A stretch of DNA of 36,900 nucleotides from Dimargaris cristalligena (GCA_003614675.1 ML002370.1:1-36900), one strand, 5' to 3'; shown: positions 1-11,592, counted from the first letter of the stretch. Translations and numbers: made by a program. Notes: generated by a model from the sequence alone, not told the origin.

Positions 1-67
1 TACTAAGTCTGGGGATATGCCCCAGACTCCTATAACTAAATGATCCTCGAGTTATAAGTAAGAACTA

Positions 68-109
68 TGAATACTGAATACTGAATACTGAATATTGAAT
101 GTTGAATAT
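68..109. repeat. Heptamer tandem repeat (TGAATAC/T)x6
   Basis: TGAATAC x3 (68-88), then TGAATAT, TGAATGT, TGAATAT (89-109), read directly. Confidence 0.9.
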
Positions 110-674
110 TGGAAAAACGGCCTAGCCATTGAATGGCTTATAACTGGGTGGGAAAAGATGAAGACTGATATTTGGTGATGTTCTTCATCTTTTCTAAACT
201 AAAAATAGTTTGGCCGGGATATGCTATTAGGGATTAAGCAGGCCCGGCCACAACATCCTCTAATAATTTAACCTCCTGGTATCATAATTGGTTGAGAAAG
301 TTTTCCTCTTCGCTTAGATTCATATATGGCATGCCATAGTATATTTACTATAGTCGGTATGTATAGTATATATCGTTTACCTTCTTCCTATTCGGGCTCG
401 GCGCCAGGGTTCTTTTCCAAACTTGCCTATTTGTCCCTGGACGTTGGGCGTAATCGGGCTAAAAATGCAGCACATAACGCACGAATTGAAATCGATATTT
501 TCGGCTCATTTTCTATTTTTCCCTGCCATCCTTAATCCCACCCCCACACTGACTCTACTGTGTTTACTAAGGCAATTCTACTTTAGATTTTTTCCCCCGA
601 AACTTTCATTTTTTTTCTAAAACCTCATTGATCCCATTCTTGCATTTTATATACGCCATTATCATATTGTTATC

Positions 675-2045
675 ATGGCCCAGTCCGACCCCATTTACCT
701 CAACATCGAGGACTCGTCCAAGCCCACGGAAATCGAGAGCTACTGCATGGGCTGCGGGGAGAATGGCGTCACCCGCCTCCTTCTCACCAAAGTCCCACAT
801 TTCCGCGAGCTCATCCTCATGGCCTTCGAGTGTCCCCACTGCGGCATGAAGAACAACGAAATCCGGAACGGAAGTGCCCTTGCCGAGAAGGGCGTGCACT
901 TCGAATGCCATGTGACTGATGCCGCTGACCTCAACCGCCAGCTGGTCAAATCGGATTCGGCGACTGTCATCTTCAAGGAGTTGGACCTGGAGCTTCCCCC
1001 CAAGAGCGGTACTTTGACCACCGTGGAGGGTCTTATTAAAAGCGTGATGGAAGACTTGGCGGGCCAACAACCCGTACGAAAGGTCATGGAGCCGCAGGTT
1101 TACGAGAAAATCGAGTCCGTGACGCAGCAGCTGTCGGACTATCTGGGGCACCGCACCGATTTCCATGTGGTGGTGCACGACCCCGCCGGTAATAGCTACA
1201 TTGAGAAACTCAACTTCCCGGCCGAGGATCCTAAGTTGGTGGTGTCCCACTTTGAGCGCACCCATGCCGACGAGGTGGCGCTGGGTATGGTGGCCCCGGA
1301 TGATGCCGAGGATGAAGATAAACCCGAGGGCGAGGCCGCCGGGGGTTCGGAAGTCAAACCGGATATGGCGTACGACACCGAGGAACTCAACCCCGACGAA
1401 GTGATTCGTTTCCAAGCCAACTGCTCCCACTGCAACGCCCCCAGCGAAACCCGGATGCACCTCATGAATATCCCCCATTTTAAAGATGTTATTATCATGT
1501 CTACCGCCTGCGACCAGTGCGGCTACAAGAGCAACGAAGTCAAGTCCGGCGGGGCCATTTCCCCGCAAGGCCGTCGGATTACCCTCAAGATCGTCGACAG
1601 CGAAGATTTATCCCGAGATATTCTCAAATCGGAGACTTGCGGCTTGGTCATCCCCGAAATCGACTTGGAGCTGCACGCCGGTACGCTGGGGGGCCGCTTC
1701 ACTACGGTGGAGGGTATTCTGGTCCAGATCAAGGAAGAGCTCTTCGCCAACGCCCCCTTCATGTCGGGTGACTCGGCCGTGGAGGACCGTAAGAGCCAGT
1801 TCGCCCACTTCTTGGCCAAGCTGGACGATGTTATTGAAGGCCGGGCTTTCCCGTGCACCCTGGTTCTGGACGACCCCTTGGCCAACAGCCACTTGCAAAA
1901 CCTGTACGCCCCTGATCCCGACCCAAATATGACCATCGAGAATTACGACCGGACATTCGATCAGAATGAGGATTTGGGTCTAAATGATATCAAGGTCGAA
2001 GGTTACGAGAAATTGGCCGAGTCGGAAGCCAAGGTGGAGGAGTAG
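675..2045 (+). CDS. ZPR1: Zinc finger protein ZPR1 (eEF1A chaperone), 456 aa, intronless
   Basis: Two ZPR1 modules, each a C4 zinc finger plus A/B domain: IESYCMGC...PHFRELILMAFECPHCG and CSHC...IPHFKDVIIMSTACDQCGYKSNEVKSGG. Also DLNRQLVKS/DLSRDILKSET, TTVEG, DPAGNS/DPLANS motifs. AATAAA near 2094. Confidence 0.98.
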   Translation: MAQSDPIYLNIEDSSKPTEIESYCMGCGENGVTRLLLTKVPHFRELILMAFECPHCGMKNNEIRNGSALAEKGVHFECHVTDAADLNRQLVKSDSATVIFKELDLELPPKSGTLTTVEGLIKSVMEDLAGQQPVRKVMEPQVYEKIESVTQQLSDYLGHRTDFHVVVHDPAGNSYIEKLNFPAEDPKLVVSHFERTHADEVALGMVAPDDAEDEDKPEGEAAGGSEVKPDMAYDTEELNPDEVIRFQANCSHCNAPSETRMHLMNIPHFKDVIIMSTACDQCGYKSNEVKSGGAISPQGRRITLKIVDSEDLSRDILKSETCGLVIPEIDLELHAGTLGGRFTTVEGILVQIKEELFANAPFMSGDSAVEDRKSQFAHFLAKLDDVIEGRAFPCTLVLDDPLANSHLQNLYAPDPDPNMTIENYDRTFDQNEDLGLNDIKVEGYEKLAESEAKVEE

Positions 2046-3180
2046 AATTTTAGTTTAACGATCCAGATTTATCCAACTGCCTTGTAATTCAAGAATAAAA
2101 GTGCCTTTTTTTTGTTCGAAAGAGTAGTTATCGAAGTGCAGAGTACAGGGGACACCGAGAACGGATCCATCTGAAGTGATTTAATATCCGTATTTGATGG
2201 TGCGAGAGACTGATTTGGGTTCGAGGTGGAAACGGAAAATGGGATATTCTTAAGGATGTGATAGATAATGAATATATGACCACTTTTACTTTGCGGTGGG
2301 TAATGATAAAGACGATTGGGGTGAAAACGTTTGGCTACAAATCGGCTCCGTAATGGACTATGGTACTTTTCAGTGCCGCTTTTGGAAATACCAGCACCAC
2401 CCAGCTAAATGCCTCTTGGCTATCTAGCGTAGGCTCCCCAGAGATGGATCTATTCCTTCATTTTTTCGGGAGGGGGGTGGCCTTAATTTGCATCTAGTAA
2501 GCGGACCCCATGGTCTTTCTAGCCTGCCTGCTTTGAAAGACACCTAGCCAGATGGCTCTTGCCGTGACTATTCAGGATTTCCACAACAGAGTGTATATGT
2601 TCCGCCTATCACTTTGAATATTACATTTCTCATTAGGGACTTAGCTAACTACTGGGATAATTGGTGTAGTGTTTTAACAGTCGAAATGTACTATACGGAT
2701 GGAGAAGTTCTTTCTGAGGCCAGCGGCTATTCCTTTATTCATTTGGTGGGCCATCCTAATTACAGGGGGAAAATCAAAACATTTATTTTCATAGGCCAGG
2801 CGTTTGTTTTGATGGCTGCGTGCGAGTGTGCGCTTGGAATGGAGTCAGCGTATTACATTAGCCAGTTCAGGAGCCACACTAAACACCCAAACGCGCGCAG
2901 TCGCAAACATACCATGGCCTCATATTCTCTCCCATAGAAGGCGTTGGAGCCTAGAAAGATAAACAGCTAGGCGCCTTCCCCCGCTGCCTTATTTTTCCTA
3001 TTCCCACTACTATTTCTTGTTCGTACCACCCCCCCCGCCCATGTCGACCAGTTCGCGAATTTGCGCTCAACCCTCCTTGACGCCAACACCTCTGTTATAA
3101 CCTCCTATTTACCGTTTGATCCACAGACTCCGCTCAGTGCTCTTGGCTTTCTTCATAATACCCTCTGCCCAACTCCAACC

Positions 3181-5527
3181 ATGACTTTTACTCTGGACCA
3201 ACTCCGGAATTGTACAAAGGGCGAACTTCAGGAATTGTGTAGGCAGCACAATATGCCTGACAGAGGAAAGGTAAGCCGTCGGAGTTTCATTCTTGGTGAT
3301 TGGGAGCATCCCATTTGGCCCACTGGGGTAGTATGGGGGCCATGGTCGCTCCATGTGTTTTCTTCACTGCCTGATTCTGTTAGGGAACCCACTTTTGATT
3401 AATGGAAAAATCCCCTAACTTGCACCACCCGTCAAAGTCCTCCTTTTTTTGTGGGCCAACCATTGGGCCTGTTTTGCGACACTGTCGTTACACCCAGGGT
3501 TCCCGAGCCCACAACCACATATCTATACGTGCCACACGGATCAGCTTATTCATTTCCACTTATTTGCGCTTGTTTGATCTAACACGCCATTCATTATAAT
3601 TTCCGATAATTTACCATAGACATCCCATCTGATGGTGCGTCTTCGCTACTATCTAGAGGATCAATTGCCTTCAGTCTCGTCCTCGGCTACTAGCAGTGCA
3701 CCCACATCCCCCAAGAGCGATCACTCCAAAAGTTCCAACAGCTCTAGCAGCTCCAACAGCTCAGGAAGCGAATCTGAGTACGTAGATGCCACCGATTCTG
3801 GAGAGCCTTCCAAACCCAAGGAGGATATATCTACGAATCCCGTTCCAGAATCCCTTAAACTCCCCCAAACCCCCAATGCCAAGCCACCTAACAATCCCAC
3901 ATCCCCGTGCCTGACACCCGTCCAAATCCCCCCGCTTTCGCCCGGCTCCTTCACCCCCACTATGGCCCCGGCCGACTCCGTGGCCGACGAACTCCTGACC
4001 GAATTGCGCAAGCGGGTGTCCCGGGACATGGCTCTGAGCAAAGAAGAGCGCGCGGCCATCCGCCCCAAGGCCTGGACCGTGGCTCGTGCCACCGAAGCCA
4101 AGCGCTCGGTATTTCCCGGGGAACTGGAGCGGCCCCAGGAGATTAAATTCGAGACCATCCACCAGAAGCATTTTAATCAAATGGACTCGATTGCCCAGCA
4201 CTTCTCCCTTCGTAAACGCCCGGCTCCCGATTCCGAAACTCCCCAAACCGCCAGTCGCCGAACAAACCGTATAACTCAAGCGGCGGAGAGTCGGCAAACG
4301 CCCAGCAAGCGGCAGCGCATTGGTTCCGACCGAGCGACGCCCGGTGTTCGGAAAATCGATACCTCCCCCACTTTAACTCCCTCCTTGCCACCCGCGGCCC
4401 AGAAATCCAATCCCGCGCAGAAGCCATTAGCCCAGCGCTTTCGGGAACAGGAGCGCCTGCGACGCAAGACTATGAACCCCGCACTGATGCCAACACGGCC
4501 CAAAGCCACCCCCACTGTACAACCAACACGCAGGGCCCCCTTACCAAAACTGGCAGCCTCTAAACCCATTGCTGAGCCCCAGCGGCCCATTAAATCTCGG
4601 GCGGTAGAATCTGGCCCGAAAGAGAACGTACCACCTAGTAAAGGTACCACCAAACCACCGGTAGCACCGACAGCGACCAAACTGAAGCCAAGTGCCCCAA
4701 CATTTAACATGACCACCCGATCGCGGTTGGCCGCTGTCTCTCGTAAAACCCCAGCCACCACGGCCCCGACCAAACCATCAAAGCCCGTGGTGCCTAGTCG
4801 TGCTGGCGCGGAGCCACAAAAACCGGCGGTATCTAGTCGCGGCGTCTCCAAACCAGCCCTACCAGCCGTGACCAGTCGGCCAGTATCGAAACCAGCGAGA
4901 CCCGCTGTACCTAGCCGTACCCTAACTAAAACCATTAAACCAGCCGTGCCTACTCGCCCGACTACCAAGCCTCTCACATCCACTGTACATTCTCGCCCCG
5001 CCAGCACAAAACCATTAAAACCCACGGTACCTAACCAGGCCACTGCGAAGGCGAAGCCAACCGTTCTATCTGTCGCCAAGTCGGTTCCCCCCGTCCCCTC
5101 GCGGACTAAGCCCCCCGGGGCCACATCAGCGGCCAAGCCTGTTAAAGCGCCTCCCCCGGCTCGCCCCACCCCGGCCCGGACCGGCGCCATTCGGACCAAG
5201 AGTTCCGTCCCCACTGCCAAATCCATCGCCGCCTCGGGTACGTCCTCCGCCAAAACCGCTACTTCCACTACTTCAGCGGCCTCCGGCAAACCTGTGGTCG
5301 ACCGGCTTAGTCGGCGATCTACCATGGCTGCACCAGTTAACTCCCAAGGTACCCTTCAACGTCGCCTCTCATACCAACCGCCCCGTATGACGACCGCCCC
5401 GAAAAAGGCGACCGACCTCAAGCCTTCCTCAATAGGTACCTCCACATCGGCGCGCTACGCTCCTTACTCGACCAAAAGGCCCCAACGATCTGCAGTGGCA
5501 CCCGCTCCTAAAAAAGTAGAGACGTAA
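3181..5527 (+). CDS. SAP-domain, NuSAP/Mink-like basic Pro/Lys/Thr-rich protein; exons 3181-3270 and 3620-5527 (665 aa)
   Basis: Exon 1 MTFTLDQLRNCTKGELQELCRQHNMPDRGK ends at donor GTAAGC (3271). Branch CTAAC near 3579, acceptor TAG 3617-3619. The phase-0 join gives ...RGK-TSHLMVRLRYYLE, completing a SAP motif. Internal FETIHQKHFNQMDSIAQH motif, KEN box, many S/T-P sites. Confidence 0.85.
4769..5045 (+). repeat. Degenerate 13-aa (39-nt) coding tandem repeat, consensus about [TS]KPxKPAVPSRxx, about 7 copies
   Basis: TKPSKPVVPSRAG / AEPQKPAVSSRGV / SKPALPAVTSRPV / SKPARPAVPSRTL / TKTIKPAVPTRPT / TKPLTSTVHSRPAS / TKPLKPTVPNQAT. Confidence 0.85.
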
Positions 5528-5626
5528 CTTATAGTTGCAATTAACTGGGCCGCGGTCCCTTTCTTATGCCATTTTTAAGCCGCACCTAATCAGGGTTGCC
5601 ACTATTTAATTGAATTGTTTATCCAC

Positions 5627-5645
5627 ATATATATATATATATATT
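5627..5645. repeat. (AT)n microsatellite in the convergent 3' UTR region
   Basis: Run of ATATAT... read directly. Confidence 0.85.
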
Positions 5646-6053
5646 ATTCTCATTCACGCCAACTTCCAAGCCCTTTCGCACTCGTTAGCTAGTTTCTTCC
5701 ATTATCCTTGATGGGCAGACTGCGCCCTGTACCCATATGTTATCCATAATTTGCGACTTTCTCTTCAGCGGTTTTCTTTTCATGATTCCACACCGCCTAT
5801 TTCATGTAGTTCATTGGTCTCCATTCCAGTAACGTGTTTCACATAACTGAAATAAACCAAAATGACAGTTTTTTTCTTGCCAGGACTGACATATTTCAAA
5901 TATATTTGTATTTATAAAGGAGTATACGCAAATTGGCACGGTGAGTAAAAAAAAAACATAAAATACCATTATACCTGGGCAAAGTGCCTTAGAAGCACTT
6001 GGCTAACGTGGATAAACTCTTCAGCCGAATGAGTCTAAGTAATCGGTGTCCGA

Positions 6054-9000
6054 TTAGTCGCTATCCTCGTCCTCGCTATCGTCATCGTCTTCCTCTTCAG
6101 CCTCGAGCAGCCAGTTGATCAAAGGTTGAAGCTAAGGCGAATATCGAGTAGATCAGAAATTATTCAGTGGTTAGTGATTCGTACCCCATTAACCCCCTTA
6201 TTTATACAAAGCCCGTATTGCAAAACCGAACCAGAATATTTTAGCAATAATAAAATCGGCAGAGCAATAGCAAACCAATTTCTGGTCCCAAACTAATAAA
6301 TGGCCTACCTTTTGGTGTAATAATAGTTCGCCGCCGGTGAGTTTCTCGGCCACCGCAGCCTGGTGCCACTGCAGCAGCATATCCTCTTCAACAATATCGG
6401 CATCGTACAACCGCTTAACACAGGGTAAGAACAGGTCGACACGGGCCCGGTCCACCAAACAAAAGTCCTTGACAATGGAGAGCGTGTCGGCCTGGTCCTG
6501 GTCGGAGTTCACCACACTGGCAATCAATTCCCCCCAACGCTGGAAGGCAGCCGCCAGGGAGGGCATGAGGTGGGACAGATCCACCTGGTCCAGAATCTTG
6601 GGGAGAATGATGATACGAATGTCGTGATTATTCTTGTTGTTGGCGAACCGGAGACCTTTGAGTTCTAGGAGAGTGTCAGCGATGGCGTGGCCCTCCGAGA
6701 AGGCCCGGTCAATGGTATCGGCCACTTCACTGCCGAAATGGTCGTACTCGTCGCCACTACCACCGACGTCATCCATATCTTCGAGGGAGTCCAGCGATGC
6801 TTCGGAGGCCGAATCGTCGATGTCTTGATCATCCATACGAATCTGGCCCAGATCGGCGGCTATTATAGTATCAGTAGGTGTCAAGCAAAGGGCAAATGGG
6901 GAGATATCGGAGTATGGAGTGAGACGGTTGCTGCCCAATCATATTTCCGTGATAATCGGCCATGAATAGTAACCGAAAAACTATAAAATCCACCAGAGTC
7001 GACACACTGCCAAGCTCAGACTACCCGAGCCATATCAATTACTTATAATTCCCAACTTACCTAGCGCGTTCACCTGGGATTGGTAAATAGCCTCTGCGTC
7101 ATCGTCATCCTCGTCCGAAGGCACCCAGATTACCGCATTACTCTCGGCTCCCCAACGGGAACTATCGACCACCGTATTATCTTCCGCATCGCTGTCATTC
7201 CAGTCCGAGTCCGCAGCAGCAGCAGCGGCGGCCTTGGTGGTTAGCCGGGTGTGGTCCGGGACACGAATTCCGGGGCCCACCACCACACCATCCCCCACAA
7301 TACAACCCTTACCGATTTGGGAGTGGGAGTGCACGGTGGTCTGATGACCCAAAATCGACCGTTCCACGGTACAATGAGCGGCCACGGTGGTGCCGTCCAA
7401 CAGATAGGCCCCCTGGATGGTAACGTGGTCCCCGATCTGGCAGTCGCGGCCAATTACCGAGTTGCTGATGATGGAGTGGTCCCCGACACTGGATCCCCGC
7501 CCGATGACGACGTTACGCTCCAGGTTCGAAGTCCGGGCCAGTTTGACCCCTGGTTCCTGGTAGACATGGTCGCGTTTGTGGACGTACGCATCGCCTTCCT
7601 GGAGGTTGCTTTCCGGGACCAACGGGAAGGTCCACCGGGCCATGACATCCCGACTCACGGCGTCGTAGAGCTGACCGCCCTGCACGCGGGCCGCGTAGGC
7701 GTGTTGGTCGGCGATGGGGTAAATGTAGAAGGTGGAATCCAGGACTTCGGACCCGAGGATACCGGTGACAAAATCGCGACGCAAGTCCTGGTAATCGAAG
7801 TTTTCGGTGAACAGCGCCGGCACTTCAACGGAACAAATGTCGATTTGGCAGTCCATGAGATCGTAGCGGAGTTGCAGTTGGGGATGCTTCTCGAAAAATT
7901 CGACCGAGAGGGGTACAGTGCGGTAACTGTCGGTACCCCGTCGCGGGGCGTGGTAGTGGATACACTGCTGGGTGCTGTCGTCAATCACGTAGACCGCCTC
8001 CTGGTGGCCGCGGGTACGGTGGTTCGGGGAGGTTTCCTTAACCACCATGGTCATGATGGCGTTCTTGTCAATGGCGCGGCGGGCCTTGTGGGCTTCGAGG
8101 GCCTTGGCCAGATTCATGTTCGATACCACGTCGCCGTAGATTAGAATGAAATCGTTACGGATGAGCGATTTGCCGTCCAGTTCGCGAAGGACGTCGCCTA
8201 CGGACATGGCCTCCTGGGTGACAATGATCCGCACTTCGAATGGAGAGTGGGACTTGCTCCATTTCGATTGACTGGTGCAGCGATAATAGGGCGGAGTAGC
8301 ATAACGTGTCCGGATGTTAGTCTTGATAGTCCAAGGGTCGGGTAAATTTTTAGCCTTATTTTCTTCATTAAATGGGTAATCTACTTAGATACATTGCGGG
8401 GGGGGGGGGCAATAGGTATTGCCCATATACGAATAATTTAAGATATAAAATAAAACAAAGCTTGTACTTACGCAATGTAGTCTTTGATTTTCTGGGCGTG
8501 GATGCAGCAGAAGATGAAAATCTCTTCAATGCCAGCAATCGCTAGTAATTCAAAAGTATATTCGATAAGTGGTACGTTGCAGAGTGGGAGCAGGCACTAG
8601 GGATTCAAGAATACACAGGCAGGTGACATAAGCGGTTTGGACAGGTTTAGTACGGGGTGTGTGGGCGGGGGGAGGGACCCCTATTAGTTGCATGAGTTAT
8701 AGCTAGTCAAATGACCCGACTGTTAATCTAAAGAGGTTCCAATGTCGTTAATGGGCCGGAGCTAGTGAGTGACCCTCACGAGTATATATTCGGCCGTTGG
8801 GACAGCCTGGCCTGGCCTGGAAGGCTTGGCTACGACCCGCTGAGCCGAATGCAGTCGAGTTACTTTAGAACCCGGCGGTACGGAATCTGGGGCCCACTCG
8901 ACTGGATCGGAATAGGTCAAGGGCTTTGCCCTGGTCGAGGGAATTGGCCTCACCGACTCGGCTCCAACCCGAGATGGACTTACTCGGGGGGTGGTTTGGG

Positions 9001-9100
9001 TTAGGGGCATCATTTGCTGGTCGAAACTGTCGGCGATCATGACCACCGACAGCTTCTCCTCCGCCTCGATGTTCTGTTGCTTGGGCTTCTTGGGGGGCAT
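6054..9100 (-). CDS. GCD6: Translation initiation factor eIF2B epsilon subunit; exons 9100-8984, 8596-8472, 8271-7061, 6859-6309, 6131-6054 (693 aa)
   Basis: Four GT-AG introns (donors GTAAGT x3, GTAGGC) join in frame. N-terminal nucleotidyltransferase-like domain (ADSF...PR/CLLPLCNVPLIEYT; SVGDVLRELD; IYGDVVSN; DCQIDICSVEVPALFTENFDYQDLRRDFV). Then left-handed beta-helix hexapeptide repeats (SNSVIGRDCQIG) and a C-terminal W2 domain (LYDADIVEEDMLLQW ... PLINWLLEAEEEDD). Confidence 0.96.
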
Positions 9101-10186
9101 TATAGACGAGTAAGGACTACAAGGTAAACGACAATTTTTAACCGAGATTCAAGTCGAGAAGTAAAGTAAAACGCAACGATTGTGAGTGGTGAAGTAATGA
9201 GCCACCCGAAAAAAATGGAAGCTGGCAGTAGTGTGCTGCTGACTGGGGAAATTCACTTGGGCTGTGTTTGGAATTGGTCTGGCCATGTACATGGGTCTCG
9301 GCATGGGATAGGAAGGCCGGTTAACTTCCAAGCTGGTCTTTATCTAGTCCAGTGAAATTGACTTGGATAAATTAGTGGAGTGGCTATGATATATAGGTCA
9401 ACCGTATTTGGTGACCCATAAGCCATTGCTTAACTTATACACTGTTTTATAGTTGGCTACTTGTGCAAGACTAAGAAGACCCTATATCAAGCTTTTCAGA
9501 TACCATTTCCTGCTCTCTCTCTGGCCCATGTTGATAAATCCCCAGTTGTTATATGTATATAGGGCTAAAATAACGTCTTTGTTCTTGATGACTAACTAGT
9601 TTTCGAAGATTTACATTCCTGCTGGCAGATTAGGCATCTATGAGGCTAACACTACTTCTTTGATATTTATATCCCCATGCTACTATCTTTCGCAGCTAAC
9701 CATACAACAACCATCTAGCTCTTCCAACTGAAAGCACCCTCTGTGCTTCTTTGAGGGGAGTGTTATTAATGCTTTACTTCCATGGATTTTATCCACCTGT
9801 AATGGCCAATACCCAGCCCCCTAGTAATTTTTGGCCTATACCTACCATATATTTTCGTACCAGCTGACTGTTACAGAGGTGTGACCACATTGGGGTTGCT
9901 ATACAGTTGTATATGCATCAACTAATGGGGGATTTGATCAAGGCCAATCACTGTGAAGGAAAATAGATCCCTTTTCAAGGCTACTCATCAAAATGTAAAG
10001 CTTCACAATGCACAGTCATGCTGAAACAGGCCTGTGGGTGTATGGCCAATGAATACATTTTCTAATTTTTAAAGGGCCAGGATAGATGGCCAGTGTAGAC
10101 AGAAATAGGGGCGGGACTGGAAACAATGACATCGGAGTTTTGGTACTAGTCTTTACACAGCAGGTCCATAGTAACACATCATACTT

Positions 10187-11592
10187 GGGGGTAGTACTGT
10201 GTCAGCCCACCTAATCCTCCCTAAATATGGGAATAACAGATCATCCCATCTGATCTTACCTTATTGTGCCATATTACTCTCCCCTTACTATATAACCCAC
10301 TATAACCAGGCCCCAATACTTCTCACACAATACTCCACCAGTGTGGTAAGGTGTACTGTCCCCCTATAAGCCACACTAATTATATTATTATTATTATCAT
10401 TATGCAGGGTATGAAGTGGCTTTTTTTTCTGGTATAACCAGTTTTTTCCCTTCCCCTTTAACCCATTCTTTCCATACAAATTTTGCCTTTGATTTCTATA
10501 TATTTCTATTAGTTAATCCACCCCTTTCATATAATTGGGTATGCATATTCATACATGAGTATTAGTGGTTATTTGATTTTATTCCTATCCTTTATTTTAT
10601 TAGTTTTACCTTGTGAATTCTTATTTTTCCTGTAATTGGTTATGCAGGTTCAATGCAGGCTTATTGGTTTTAATAATTCTCTGTCTTATACAGGGAATGG
10701 CTTGGCATTCTTGGCCATAGAGCCAAAAGTCTTGGCTTCTTTTTGGATTAAATATGCACTATCAATGCACTTGATTGGGCTATGCATGCAAGCAATCAGG
10801 GATACATTAGTGTGCATATTTTTACATATATAGGAAACTTTTTCCCCTCTTTTTTTCTGTGTGTCATTTGCTTTGTATCAAATTTTGGGTACCAATTTTC
10901 TTCTATCTTTTACTTTACAATAAACCACCTTTACTATTACTTTGGATTTCTTGGATTTTATATGCCTTTGAAAGTTGTGGTTACCAAGCAAATGGTCCTT
11001 TTGAGCTTCCAAACTGGTATGATTTTACTTGGTTTAGACTGGTCTTTTTTTATTAAAAGTATTTTATATAGAATTTTTATCTGAGTGACAAACCAGTTCA
11101 CCTGGAGAAGCCACCCTGCCCTTTTGATATGTTTTTTTTGTTGTTCATTTTAGTGGCCTGACACCACCACACTGTGACACTGGCTGATCCAATATTCCTC
11201 CTTTCTTAGTCAAGTCTTCCAGATGCAAGCCCCCCAGTCGAGGCCCTGCCCCTCGCCTCTTCTTTAGTCATCCCATTGCTCTTAAGGACCCCTCATTATG
11301 AGTAGTCCCAGTATATAAATAACCAGGCCCCTCTGGGACTGGTTCAGTTCCTTAGCTTATTTCTTACCCCCATAGTTTACCCCAATAAACTCATCATATG
11401 CTCACCCATTGTATTAGCCAGTAAGTGTACCCACTGCACATCCCTTGCATATACCTGTACTTATCCTTTATTGGTTAGTACTGATCCCTCCCTAACTCTA
11501 GTAGCCTGCTTGGCTGAGCCTAAGCCCCGCCTACCATTAGAAGCCTATCTCTGGGACTCTTGATGGACTAAGAGTGGTAAACCCAGGTGACA
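10187..11592 (+). mobile_element. Decayed LTR-retrotransposon-like relics (two diverged LTR-like segments) inside a CpG-depleted island
   Basis: PPT-like GGGGGTAGTAC followed by TGT at 10198. Second segment TGTGAC(11173)...GTGACA(11592) contains TATATAAAT and AATAAA. The two segments share collinear matches TCATCCCAT(C)TG(A/C)TCTTA (10241/11268), TATATAA (10289/11312) and ATAACCAGGCCCC (10302/11319). No intact ORF or TSD found. Confidence 0.4.

Noticed and set aside
224-238. ATTAGGGATTA as a telomeric repeat or telomerase RNA template
   Set aside because: Single short occurrence in a hairpin loop; no repeat array or pseudoknot seen, and the organism's telomere unit is unknown.
606-1568. 320-aa minus-strand ORF and other ORFs overlapping ZPR1
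   Set aside because: Antisense shadow of a GC3-biased gene; no recognisable motifs.
4276-5325. 349-aa Gly/Val/Ala-rich minus-strand ORF
   Set aside because: Mirror of the Pro/Thr/Lys-rich exon on the + strand.
8597-8983. GC-rich first intron of GCD6 as a snoRNA host
   Set aside because: No C box (RTGATGA) / D box pair or convincing H/ACA layout on the sense strand.
6198-9100. Track ORFs 6198-6938, 7035-8234 and 8762-9100 as separate genes, and antisense ORF 7251-8144
   Set aside because: The three minus-strand ORFs are exons of GCD6 with read-through into introns; the + strand ORF is an antisense shadow.
10636-11084. Hydrophobic Phe/Leu/Ile-rich + strand ORFs
   Set aside because: Artefact of T-rich, CpG-depleted repeat sequence.
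10940-11140. Minus-strand fragments resembling a Gypsy integrase GPY/F module (PGELV...SKIIPVW...KGPF...YKIQ)
   Set aside because: Needs several frameshifts and the similarity is too weak to call without a profile search.
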